A stretch of DNA of 38,872 bases, taken from positions 1-38,872 of IMG/VR virus record IMGVR_UViG_3300044983_000270; one strand, 5' to 3'. Under the pieces are notes generated by a model that was not told where the DNA came from, made no database searches, and saw only the letters and a program-made list of their open reading frames with translations. Origin of the DNA: a virus. Its lineage: Duplodnaviria; Caudoviricetes. This document shows, in pieces, positions 7,271 through 16,086 of this stretch (within the stretch, counting starts at the first letter, position 1; each line of letters opens with the position of its first letter). Position numbers and translations under genes: made by a program.

Positions 7271-9838
7271 TTAAAAAGGTAAATCGTCGTTGGGTTTATA
7301 ATCACTGTTATCTGCACCTGCTGATCCTTCGTTGTAAAGGGATCCTTGTGTTGGCTCGGATGAGTTGCTGATCATTTTGTTTTCAAAATTTGTCTGTTCG
7401 TCTACCTGGTACCTGGTCAGCTCGTCCGGTGTAAGGAAGTCTTCGCGTTTGAAAACATATGGCCGGCCATTGCCTTCTACTTCTACCCGGGTCATATGCT
7501 TGTTACCATCTTTAAACACTTCATCCCATTTGGGATAGGAGTGGCGATTGTTTACGTATATCTTCTCCGGATTGCCATACAGATCTTTATTTTCAGGATC
7601 GAGCTTGTGATACTGATCGATCTTCATTTCTTCTTTCAAAACTTTTTCTATATAGTTGGCCTCGTAGCGGCCATTGAAAAATTCTTTGTGTATGGCAATG
7701 CGTGTCATTTTTATTTCATTCACTCCAAAGTCCATGAACATGTCACGAATACGCTGACGTATTTCTTTTTGCACAGTGGAGCGGCTGAATTCAATTACCT
7801 TTTTCATTGCTTCAGTTTTCAGCAATGCTTCATGAAACCACATGCGCCCTAGCTGCTCCGTTTTTATTTTTCGTTGATTGAGGAATGAAAGGAATGCTGG
7901 TATTTCTTCTATGAATGTTTTTGCGATATGCGGGTTCTCCTGCTTTAGTACCGGTACTTTTATGATCCAGTACCGGATATCCTCATCATTCATATATATG
8001 AAGTTCTCTTCGTTGTTTGTGATGAAGATGAACTTGATAAAGCAATCGAGCTCTACATGATCCTTGCCTTTTGCATTCATCGTGATCTTATCCGCAGTGG
8101 ATAATGATTTTACTTTTTCAACTACATGCTGCTTGTCAATTTTTGTTTCATCGCAGATGACAACAAGCTTTGTGGCCCAGTGTGCATTGAAGTCACCGGC
8201 AAGATCCTGGTTGCCGACTATGGCGACATTGGCTGAGAATATCAGCTTTATCAATTTTGCCAGCGTGGTTTTGCCGGTCTTATTTTCTTTACTTACCAGG
8301 CACAGGATGGGAAGCTTCTCTGCAGGATACTGATATAAGACCTGTATATAATCCAGAGCGAGATCAAAGTTTGAGTATTCCAGTTTTTCACCGGTCTTTG
8401 GATGTTTGAATGACACTTTACGATCGCCAAAGACATGATGTAAAAAGCCGATGATGGAGGGGCAATCTTCCTCAGTGCATGGATCATCATCGGGTTTATA
8501 TTCCAGCGGCGAATAAACATTAAAGCAATTGTGAATGATTTGCTGAAAGTTTGTATTGTCAGGAACATTGCAAAATTCTTCGAAGCGTGGTATGTGCTTT
8601 ACAAAATCCCGGCTATGATCATCGATAATGGTTTGCTTTCTGCGCCCTTTAAATATTTTCTCCAGCTGCTTATACTTGTTGGGCTTGTGTATGAATTTGT
8701 AATAATCATCCCCCACCCGGAAGTAATCTTTAGCCCGTGCCGGCACCACTACATCACATTCGCCTGTTTCATCGTTGAATTTATATTGCGTACCGTGGAA
8801 GACAAAGTCTTTCCCTTTCAGATCCGGACGGCGCTCTACATGGAACTGATAAAATTTTGTTGGATTATCGAGATGAAAATGTTCACGCACCCTGCCGGTG
8901 TGTATTGTGATATCGAATTTGTTGAAGTAATGCCCGGGCTTTGATACTGCCATCAGATCGTTTACTATTTGTTCTTGCTTATCCGGAAGTGAACAGAGCA
9001 GATCATCAAGGCCTTTTAACTGCTCACGATTAAACTCGTTGGGATTTGATTGTATAATATTGTATATGTCGATGTATGCCCAATATTTGTTTATCGATTT
9101 AAAGTCATAGAGCAGTTGATTAAATTTTTGAATAGAGTGATAGAAGTTGTTGGGACGCTTGTACAGATCCTTTAATTTTTTGCTTCCATCGGCATCTGTT
9201 GTTTCCAGATCTTTACTGATGTCAACTGCATCACCATCGGTAAGCCATATCATGTGGCGGACATTGCATCTTTCAATTAGCTGTATGATCTCCGGGTGAA
9301 TGGTTTTTTTCTCTTTGTCCTCCATGTGTGTGATGGACGGGAGTCCAATGATGTAGAGCCCGGCCATGAATCCTTTCCAGCATTTGAAAAAACCTTCGGT
9401 GAGTACAAGCGTATGAATGTCGGTTTTGCTTTCGTACGCATCGAGAATGTTCGGTGAGTATAGTGGATGACTGCCATGGCCTTTCGGCATGAGGTATTTC
9501 AATATATCACCACCATCTTTTACGATCGGTTTCTCCAGGCGAATGATGGACCAGTCTTTTTTAATGCGGCTGCTTTCTTTCTCGATGCGGATATTGTTGC
9601 GGGTGATAGTGTAAGGAACGATCTCGATGCCCCGGGGATGTGATTTAAAAACGGGTACGGGTTGAAGTTCATTTGAATTGGACTCGGAATTGTAACGCCA
9701 TAGCTTAACCTGGTTGAGTTCGGCAGTGATGCCAAGCGCTGCGAGCCGCTGTTCATAGTACGAGCTCTCGTATGCATCACTGTGACCGTTGCCGGGTTGG
9801 GTAGTAAGTAGGGGCGTTATAGTTTCTGTTTCGGACAT
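7271..9838 (-). CDS. Primase-helicase (N-terminal TOPRIM-like domain, C-terminal P-loop NTPase, DUF5906-like)
   Basis: LTEGFFK, WLTDGD and KGLDDLL TOPRIM motifs; Walker A ENKTGKTT, Walker B VVICDE, FIFITNN sensor. Confidence 0.85.
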   Translation of the reverse strand: MSETETITPLLTTQPGNGHSDAYESSYYEQRLAALGITAELNQVKLWRYNSESNSNELQPVPVFKSHPRGIEIVPYTITRNNIRIEKESSRIKKDWSIIRLEKPIVKDGGDILKYLMPKGHGSHPLYSPNILDAYESKTDIHTLVLTEGFFKCWKGFMAGLYIIGLPSITHMEDKEKKTIHPEIIQLIERCNVRHMIWLTDGDAVDISKDLETTDADGSKKLKDLYKRPNNFYHSIQKFNQLLYDFKSINKYWAYIDIYNIIQSNPNEFNREQLKGLDDLLCSLPDKQEQIVNDLMAVSKPGHYFNKFDITIHTGRVREHFHLDNPTKFYQFHVERRPDLKGKDFVFHGTQYKFNDETGECDVVVPARAKDYFRVGDDYYKFIHKPNKYKQLEKIFKGRRKQTIIDDHSRDFVKHIPRFEEFCNVPDNTNFQQIIHNCFNVYSPLEYKPDDDPCTEEDCPSIIGFLHHVFGDRKVSFKHPKTGEKLEYSNFDLALDYIQVLYQYPAEKLPILCLVSKENKTGKTTLAKLIKLIFSANVAIVGNQDLAGDFNAHWATKLVVICDETKIDKQHVVEKVKSLSTADKITMNAKGKDHVELDCFIKFIFITNNEENFIYMNDEDIRYWIIKVPVLKQENPHIAKTFIEEIPAFLSFLNQRKIKTEQLGRMWFHEALLKTEAMKKVIEFSRSTVQKEIRQRIRDMFMDFGVNEIKMTRIAIHKEFFNGRYEANYIEKVLKEEMKIDQYHKLDPENKDLYGNPEKIYVNNRHSYPKWDEVFKDGNKHMTRVEVEGNGRPYVFKREDFLTPDELTRYQVDEQTNFENKMISNSSEPTQGSLYNEGSAGADNSDYKPNDDLPF

Positions 9839-9841
9839 GGA

Positions 9842-10264
9842 TTATTTATGTAGATCAAAAATTGGATTGCGATCGGGACCTGCGAGGTCTGATATCTGTT
9901 TTAGTATTGCAGCTCGTGCTGCTACCTTTTCTTTTATGATTGCTGATACAATACGGAGAGCTTCTGTCTCTGTGAATACATCGAGTATCTCTTGCCGGCA
10001 GGGTGGAAGCTTATCGTTTCTGCATTCTGGTTTTGGCATACCAGGTAATTGAACATACCATGGTGGAAGCTCTACGCCCATCTGTTGTTGCGATGCTTCG
10101 TTTATTTTGTGCTGGTCGAGATTATGACAGACGATATGCATTGAGAAATTGCATTTGTCGCTTGACAGGTGCTCAGCGATCTTACCATAAGCTTTTATCG
10201 CTTTATCATAGTTGTTGTATTGCGTGGCCAGCTCGGCGATCTGTATTGCGATGTTTGGATTCAT
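9842..10264 (-). CDS. Hypothetical phage protein (start moved to MNPNIAIQ)
   Basis: ATGA overlap with the upstream small ORF; abuts the primase start. Confidence 0.6.
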   Translation of the reverse strand: MNPNIAIQIAELATQYNNYDKAIKAYGKIAEHLSSDKCNFSMHIVCHNLDQHKINEASQQQMGVELPPWYVQLPGMPKPECRNDKLPPCRQEILDVFTETEALRIVSAIIKEKVAARAAILKQISDLAGPDRNPIFDLHK

Positions 10265-10428
10265 TGGTTTATCATTATGAAGAAAGCAATAGTGCATGCT
10301 ACCCATGTGAGAAATGCAAGACCTCCGATGAACAGGGCAATGATCATAAAGGTTCGGTGAAATTTTACCGGCTTGCCAGTGTAGCGATCGATTGTGCTGT
10401 CCAGAAGGACAGAGAAAAAGTTTTTCAT
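10261..10428 (-). CDS. Small membrane protein (55 aa), not in the ORF track
   Basis: MKNFFSVLLD...FMIIALFIGGLAFLTWVACTIAFF; fills the gap between its neighbours exactly. Confidence 0.55.
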   Translation of the reverse strand: MKNFFSVLLDSTIDRYTGKPVKFHRTFMIIALFIGGLAFLTWVACTIAFFIMINQ

Positions 10429-10429
10429 A

Positions 10430-10798
10430 TCAGTAGATTATTGTTAGCGATTTTGAATTGAGATAATCGTTGATATCCTGGTTGAATCTTTTTTCAACTT
10501 CTTTGCCTGTGATGGTGATGGCATTTGCGATATCAACATAGGTTTGCAAGAACTTCCAGGATCGGGTACCGTCTGCATTGTTGACCACTATATATTTTCC
10601 ATCAGAACTTTTCTCAACGTATTTTTCTTTTATTGTATCCACCTGCTTTGTTATTATTTGCAGATGTGATGTTGCCTGCTGATAGAATAATTGAATCTTG
10701 CTGTGCTCAAGCATTGCAATTGCGGGGTGGTTCTTCATTATGTGCTGCATGTCTTTTTCAATTGACATCAGCTGGGCGTAAGTGAGATTGTGGCGCAT
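10430..10798 (-). CDS. Hypothetical phage protein
   Basis: 122-aa ORF with an A-rich leader in the early operon. Confidence 0.65.
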   Translation of the reverse strand: MRHNLTYAQLMSIEKDMQHIMKNHPAIAMLEHSKIQLFYQQATSHLQIITKQVDTIKEKYVEKSSDGKYIVVNNADGTRSWKFLQTYVDIANAITITGKEVEKRFNQDINDYLNSKSLTIIY

Positions 10799-10885
10799 GA
10801 AAGGTTTTTATAGTTTTTCAAAAAAACCAGGCGATGAGAACAAGGCCCGGGAATGTTACTGAGTCCTCTGACTAGGAGGTAGCGT

Positions 10886-11137
10886 TTATGACGATAGCTC
10901 GAACTGAACATTCAGGTCTGCTATCTGTCCATCTTTTAAATCGCGAAATGAGTTCCTGTTATAGTTGTCGGTGTATGTGTATCGATTTCTATCTTCATCA
11001 ATGAAGTAGTCTTCGAATACCCGTTTCACTTTTATGTCAGGATGTTGTTGTTTGATGGCGCGGGTGAGTGCATCATCATAATGGGAATCGTAAGTGGTGT
11101 TCCTGGTGTGGTTACGTTTTAGAATAACATTAGGCAT
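10886..11137 (-). CDS. Hypothetical phage protein (start moved to MPNVILK)
   Basis: A-rich leader; follows the stop of the upstream small ORF. Confidence 0.55.
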   Translation of the reverse strand: MPNVILKRNHTRNTTYDSHYDDALTRAIKQQHPDIKVKRVFEDYFIDEDRNRYTYTDNYNRNSFRDLKDGQIADLNVQFELSS

Positions 11138-11147
11138 GGCACTTGTT

Positions 11148-11318
11148 TTAATTTTGTTTTTTAACTGTTGCAAGATGAAAGTCGTTGGGGTCCCGAAGTG
11201 CCCATACATCGCCGCCATCTATTATGCGGATGTATCCTGCATAGGTTAATGACTTTATAGTTTCTATGATCAGAGCCAGATCTGCAGTGCTGATTATAAT
11301 AGTGTCATGATGCGGCAT
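11148..11318 (-). CDS. Small hypothetical protein (56 aa), not in the ORF track
   Basis: MPHHDTIIIS...VKKQN fills the gap after the cro-like gene. Confidence 0.45.
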   Translation of the reverse strand: MPHHDTIIISTADLALIIETIKSLTYAGYIRIIDGGDVWALRDPNDFHLATVKKQN

Positions 11319-11340
11319 GGGCTAAAAATTTTTTGATTGA

Positions 11341-11571
11341 TTAAGCGAGTTGTTTTAGCGCATTGAGTTTGCGACGAATCTTTTTCACATTGGCTTCTGA
11401 TCCGGAGCCAACCGTAACAATACGAATGAGCGTAACGCGATCGATCTTGAACAGCGTAGCGAAAGCGGTATCAGAGTTTGCTGCTTGTCTTTGTTCGTCA
11501 AGTGAGGTTAGTTCGTCGGGAGAGAGCTTAACCGACTTTTCGGATTTCTTACCAGTTTGTGGTATTGACAT
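11341..11571 (-). CDS. Cro-like HTH regulator (start MSIPQTG)
   Basis: First early gene, divergent from the repressor; SDTAFATLFKIDRVTLIRI is HTH-like. Confidence 0.6.
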   Translation of the reverse strand: MSIPQTGKKSEKSVKLSPDELTSLDEQRQAANSDTAFATLFKIDRVTLIRIVTVGSGSEANVKKIRRKLNALKQLA

Positions 11572-11596
11572 AAAAGGATTTGGTTTGTTATATTTG
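11565..11596 (+). promoter_or_regulatory. Putative Bacteroidota sigma-A promoter for the repressor
   Basis: TTG (11565)-N21-TATATTTG (11589-11596) matches the -33/-7 consensus. Confidence 0.5.
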
Positions 11597-11617
11597 TTGA
11601 ACAATTGATGAACAGGA

Positions 11618-11650
11618 CAAATATAATATTGCAAAAAGCAATATTCCAAA
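11618..11650 (-). promoter_or_regulatory. Putative early lytic promoter with an operator in its spacer
   Basis: TTTG-N21-TATATTTG on the minus strand; palindrome AATATTGC-N5-GCAATATT at 11625-11645. Confidence 0.7.
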
Positions 11651-11659
11651 TCTAATGTG

Positions 11660-11674
11660 TTGCAAAATGCAATA
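11660..11674. promoter_or_regulatory. Second operator-like site
   Basis: TTGC-AAAAT-GCAATA. Confidence 0.6.
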
Positions 11675-11699
11675 AGTTATTCACAATCGCAAAACCAAC

Positions 11700-12275
11700 A
11701 TGACAAAAACCGACTATAGAGCGGAAGCCGATAAGTATTTAAACGTATTAAAAAATAAAGGGCTGAACCGTGCTCAGATTGAATCTGAGCTAGGATACGC
11801 AAACAACTACATAGATCAGCAATTATCTAAAGGAGGCAACAAACGTTTTGTGAAAGCGTTGCGGGATCTTGTGGATAAGTTGCAAAAAGCAATACCGGAT
11901 AAATCAGATCAATTCCTTATAGAAGAGGATATTCCTGAATATGGCTTAACCTTTAAGTCAATCATGAATCAGCAGAATAAATTGATCATATCTCTCAATA
12001 AACAATCCGAAACGGCAAATGAGATCCTGCGCCGGCTTGCGGACAATGTGGAGAAGCGCGTAGATAAAATAGATGTTAATTTAATCGATGCTCTAGGTCG
12101 TATGGACTCTCTAAAGATGGATATCTACTCGGAGAGGATGGTCGTGCTTCAGAGCCTGGCGAGGCTTGAGAAGAAACCGGAGAACTCACTACTTTCTGAA
12201 GCGGACAATATAATTTCCTCAATGCTGGAGCAACAGCAGAAAAAACAGGGCAACACTCCCGGTAAGAGCATGTAG
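11700..12275 (+). CDS. CI-like repressor (N-terminal HTH, helical C-terminus)
   Basis: KGLNRAQIESELGYANNYIDQQL HTH; the only sizeable plus-strand gene at the switch; IEEDIPEY linker. Confidence 0.7.
   Translation: MTKTDYRAEADKYLNVLKNKGLNRAQIESELGYANNYIDQQLSKGGNKRFVKALRDLVDKLQKAIPDKSDQFLIEEDIPEYGLTFKSIMNQQNKLIISLNKQSETANEILRRLADNVEKRVDKIDVNLIDALGRMDSLKMDIYSERMVVLQSLARLEKKPENSLLSEADNIISSMLEQQQKKQGNTPGKSM
11880..11894. promoter_or_regulatory. Third operator-like site, inside the repressor gene
   Basis: TTGC-AAAAA-GCAATA, identical core to 11629-11643. Confidence 0.5.
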
Positions 12276-12313
12276 CGCAATTCGGTTTGGTTAAAAAGGT
12301 GGTTCGCATGTTT

Positions 12314-12342
12314 GATATTTTTTTGGTCCAGAAAAAAATATC
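12314..12342. repeat. Perfect inverted repeat with 11-bp arms downstream of the repressor
   Basis: GATATTTTTTT-GGTCCAG-AAAAAAATATC. Confidence 0.6.
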
Positions 12343-12856
12343 GGAGCCTTAACTGGTTTGCTTCAAGGAATGGTGGATGCGGCGGATGAGGTGTAAAGGT
12401 TACAACGTGAGAAGTATATAATCATTACTTCGATAAATGTTAAAAAAATATTAATGAGTGCCACCAAGCGTTACTTTTAGGTCACGCTTGTGTAGGTAGC
12501 TTCCCGTCTGAAATGCAGACCGCATAAAGGTTTCATCAATTTTATTTTCAACAACTCAAAAAAGTTGATTTGTAGCGTTTAAAGTTTCAATGTGTTGGAT
12601 TACAACAAAAAATGAGACGTTTGTTTTTTTAAAATAGAAAAAGTGGGCTTCGCAATTGCTGTGCCCCTGTCAAAAATTTCGGCGGATATAGCCAATTTTA
12701 CAGTAATATGATTTATAGATTGATATATAATACACTGTACATAAGGCTATAGGATCACGATTGAGGCATTCAATTCAGATCTGAATACTACTGTTCTTGT
12801 TGTATTGACTATATCAATAGCGGATGTTGTTTTGTTTATAAATAGAAGTATATCCG

Positions 12857-14446
12857 CTATCTAAATCCAAGCGGCGTCTTCTGTTGGATGTAGGTTATTA
12901 GCTTTTGTTTTAGCACTGCATCATTACATTGATCAAATGTATCAGAGAAGTGAGTGGTCTCAGATTGATCGAGATCTGTCTCAAGCTCACCAGACTTATC
13001 TTTAATCGTTTTCTTTTTAGGCCCTATTTTGGCTGCTGATCCTGAGATGCTGGTGATTAACTTATCACAGCGTTTATTTATTCGGATATCCATTGAGTCT
13101 CCGTTCTTGTTCTCCATCCATTCTTTTGTATCGATGTACTTCTGGTAATGTCCTGGCTGCTTACCGGTATACACATCAGTAACATCCCAGTTGCCAAGCC
13201 TTAGTATCTTCTTTACGATCTCCCAGTATTCATCGGCCTCAACTCTGTTACCTCTTGCAGTAAGATCGTATATATAATAGATGTTTCGATTAACATGGTT
13301 CTTATGCGATTCATTGAATAGCTTAACTGCATCAGTTAAGCCTTTAGGATGTAGGGTATATATGTTGTTCACATAATTAAGCGATTCACGTATACGACCA
13401 GGCAGTGCCGATATCTGAGCCACTGTTATAGGAGCAACGCTGTGTTGGTAATCGGCAGCAATTATTAATGGCAATCTCAAATCGATATCGTTCTCGATAT
13501 CATAAACGTGAACGGCCTTCTTAAAGGCAGGATAAAAGGTCTCCCCGGGTACATCAGGATCCTGATTCTTGTATATAACTTTCCAGTCGTGCTTTGTCGA
13601 ATTCTTTCTTTTATCATAATACCATTTGTCACCCATTATCGGTCTCACATCATCAGCGCTGATCTCGGCAACATACAGAAGATTTTTTCTCAATGATGAT
13701 AATCGCTTCTCATCTTTATCCAATTCAATTTTTACGTATGCGGGTATTTTCTTATTTGTGTATAGGTTTTTTATGTTGATTACATGCGTCTGCAGGTTCT
13801 TAATGATCTCTGCCTTTTTGTAATCGCACAGTTTACGTTTATTAAGCAACCATTTTATTTTAACCGGATCCGCATTCTTGTCTGTAGCAAAAAACTTCCC
13901 CATATAACTCGGAAAGTGTTTAAATAACTTATCACTGGCTTCAACAGGCCGGAAGATTGGAAATATCTCATCTTCGAGAACTTTCTTCTTCATGAATTTT
14001 ACCTCATCAAAAACGCCCCACTGAGCGCTTATACCATTTGCAGAAGCTAATCTCTTCAGAGAAACAAGCTGCAGCACTGTTCCATTGCACCAGGTCCATG
14101 CGTGTTTGTATTTTGGATCCACAACACCGGCATATGGTTTATCCCAGTGAGCTGGCGGCGGCTTGCCAATAACATAATGCACCCCTTCAATAAAACCTTT
14201 GCTGGCTAAAAAAGATTTAATAGGTGGAATAGTATTGTCATTCAAATGCTCAAATGAAAGCCCTACGATCACACCAGTAGATCTTGGCATTTCAAAAACC
14301 CTGCGAATTATATACAGTGAAATTCCGACAGATGTTTTGAAGGATCCGCGGCCGGCAAATAAATAAGTTTCATTAGCATCGATCAGGTGTATTTCTGCAT
14401 GCTGAGGTGGAACGTAAATATTATGAACATTTTCATTCATCGTCAT
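12857..14446 (-). CDS. terL: Terminase large subunit
   Basis: Walker A AGRGSFKT, Walker B GVFDEVK, nuclease IAADY and HFSDTFD. Confidence 0.9.
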   Translation of the reverse strand: MTMNENVHNIYVPPQHAEIHLIDANETYLFAGRGSFKTSVGISLYIIRRVFEMPRSTGVIVGLSFEHLNDNTIPPIKSFLASKGFIEGVHYVIGKPPPAHWDKPYAGVVDPKYKHAWTWCNGTVLQLVSLKRLASANGISAQWGVFDEVKFMKKKVLEDEIFPIFRPVEASDKLFKHFPSYMGKFFATDKNADPVKIKWLLNKRKLCDYKKAEIIKNLQTHVINIKNLYTNKKIPAYVKIELDKDEKRLSSLRKNLLYVAEISADDVRPIMGDKWYYDKRKNSTKHDWKVIYKNQDPDVPGETFYPAFKKAVHVYDIENDIDLRLPLIIAADYQHSVAPITVAQISALPGRIRESLNYVNNIYTLHPKGLTDAVKLFNESHKNHVNRNIYYIYDLTARGNRVEADEYWEIVKKILRLGNWDVTDVYTGKQPGHYQKYIDTKEWMENKNGDSMDIRINKRCDKLITSISGSAAKIGPKKKTIKDKSGELETDLDQSETTHFSDTFDQCNDAVLKQKLITYIQQKTPLGFR

Positions 14447-15014
14447 CGTCTGCTTCTTCGTAGTCTATGTATTCGTGCTTCTTCTCATGCTCTATCAGAT
14501 CATCAGCTTCTTTTCTCAATGCATCGATCTGTTCGGCATTTTCTTTCGTAACAATATTTACAATAATCACCGGCGCCGGCACATCCGAATTAGGGGCCTC
14601 AGTTGGCAGCTTATCATATGCAAGTGTTATTTCGTGGGCAATCTTTGGCACCAGGGGAGCAAGACTTTTATCAGCATCATATTTCCTGATCAACTTCTCC
14701 AGGAATTCAATATGAGTCTTTATCCCAAATTGTTTATACGACTGCGACACATGCACATATACGTTGTAAGCGTTTGCGATATCTTTCCTGGCAGTATATA
14801 TCGAGCAATCGAATTGTGCTTTTATTTTCTCAGCTATATGATCCTCGGAAAGCTTCTTTTCTTTCAAATGAGTAATAGCAAACCACAATCTGGTCATGAT
14901 CTTCTCTTCATTGGCAGAAAGAGTAATACCGCTTTGTTCCGTGCCCAAAAACTTTTTAATGCGACTTATCGCATCATTCTTTTCAAGCGGTATCATTGGT
15001 AATTTCCCGCTCAT
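14433..15014 (-). CDS. Putative terminase small subunit
   Basis: Overlaps the terL start; HTH-like FDCSIYTARKDI; acidic tail. Confidence 0.6.
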   Translation of the reverse strand: MSGKLPMIPLEKNDAISRIKKFLGTEQSGITLSANEEKIMTRLWFAITHLKEKKLSEDHIAEKIKAQFDCSIYTARKDIANAYNVYVHVSQSYKQFGIKTHIEFLEKLIRKYDADKSLAPLVPKIAHEITLAYDKLPTEAPNSDVPAPVIIVNIVTKENAEQIDALRKEADDLIEHEKKHEYIDYEEADDDDE

Positions 15015-15697
15015 ACAGCATTTATTTTCAACATGCCCTTATATTGCTCTACATACCATTCATGCTTCTTCAACTGGGCAGCTGCGTTTAGATCTGAAGG
15101 ATCCTTTGCAAGCTTGCCACGATACTCCCGTGCATATCGTTCGTGATTTTTTAATTTGGTAGGTATCAGAGACGTATCAACACACAGATCACCATACATT
15201 TTCTTTTCAGGTAAAGTCTTATGTTCCCGATAATAGTTTAATTCTGCAATCACATCATCGCATTGATCATCGAGATCCAGTATTCTCAATGCAATCTGTC
15301 CACACTCCATTTCTTTTTGGCTATTATGCTGGCCAGCCATTGCCACTGCTTCCAGGCGGCTATTCAGATCTGACAGTTCAGTATATAGGGGCTTAAACTT
15401 TTCATACAGCGCAGTTTCAACTTCATCCAGTTGATCACCCCAGCCGGTGTTCAACACAACGTGTTTTTGTAAAGTGTCAACCTTAATGGCAATAGCTGAT
15501 GTTGCCTGGTCTTTTTTCTGTGCTGTTGACTTTAGCAGATTGCGGAGTGAGTCCTGTAACTTTTTTTCCTTGAATGCAGTTTGCCCTTTCTCGGCAAAAA
15601 GGCGTTTTAATAAAGTATCTTCCCCGTATAGATTGTAAAGCTTAATTCCGGACTCATAATCCCGGCGGCCATTTAGCCATGTACGAATAACATCCAT
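15011..15697 (-). CDS. Hypothetical phage protein heading the terminase operon
   Basis: 228-aa helical ORF directly after a late-promoter motif. Confidence 0.7.
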   Translation of the reverse strand: MDVIRTWLNGRRDYESGIKLYNLYGEDTLLKRLFAEKGQTAFKEKKLQDSLRNLLKSTAQKKDQATSAIAIKVDTLQKHVVLNTGWGDQLDEVETALYEKFKPLYTELSDLNSRLEAVAMAGQHNSQKEMECGQIALRILDLDDQCDDVIAELNYYREHKTLPEKKMYGDLCVDTSLIPTKLKNHERYAREYRGKLAKDPSDLNAAAQLKKHEWYVEQYKGMLKINAV

Positions 15698-15702
15698 GGC
15701 TC

Positions 15703-15739
15703 TAAATTCGGCGGATGTTGCAGCAAGCGAAAGGACAGG
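15703..15739 (-). promoter_or_regulatory. Putative late promoter (terminase operon)
   Basis: CCTGTCCTTTC-N22-TTTA, one of four copies. Confidence 0.7.
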
Positions 15740-15772
15740 ATGTATCCTGAGCGGAGTCGAAGGGTGCGGATG

Positions 15773-16084
15773 TTACTTCTTCTTCATCAGCCAAACCAGC
15801 TGTAGATCACCAATATTAGCGTATGTATAACCAAGCTTGGTCATCCACTCAATGATCTTTTCGCCGTTAACAATACCTCCACACTCAGGATCTCCCTGAA
15901 GCACACCGTAATGTTGTTCCAGGGCATTAATGATCTCTTGCGTGGAAAAATGCTTATCTGATTCACTCTCTTTTGTTGTGGATTGATAGGGCTGCAGCAA
16001 TACCCTGAGTGTATCGTAAACGGCAAGATCCTCGGAAGTTTCTTTACGATCGGTTTCTTCTTCTTGTATTGTATTTCTAAACAT
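15773..16084 (-). CDS. Hypothetical protein, possibly winged helix
   Basis: FSTQEIINAL...WMTKLGY...WLM. Confidence 0.6.
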   Translation of the reverse strand: MFRNTIQEEETDRKETSEDLAVYDTLRVLLQPYQSTTKESESDKHFSTQEIINALEQHYGVLQGDPECGGIVNGEKIIEWMTKLGYTYANIGDLQLVWLMKKK

Positions 16085-16086
16085 GA

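Noticed and set aside
10402-10414. GAAGGACAGAG as a fifth late-promoter motif
   Set aside because: It is an imperfect match inside a probable CDS and lacks the spaced TAAA element.
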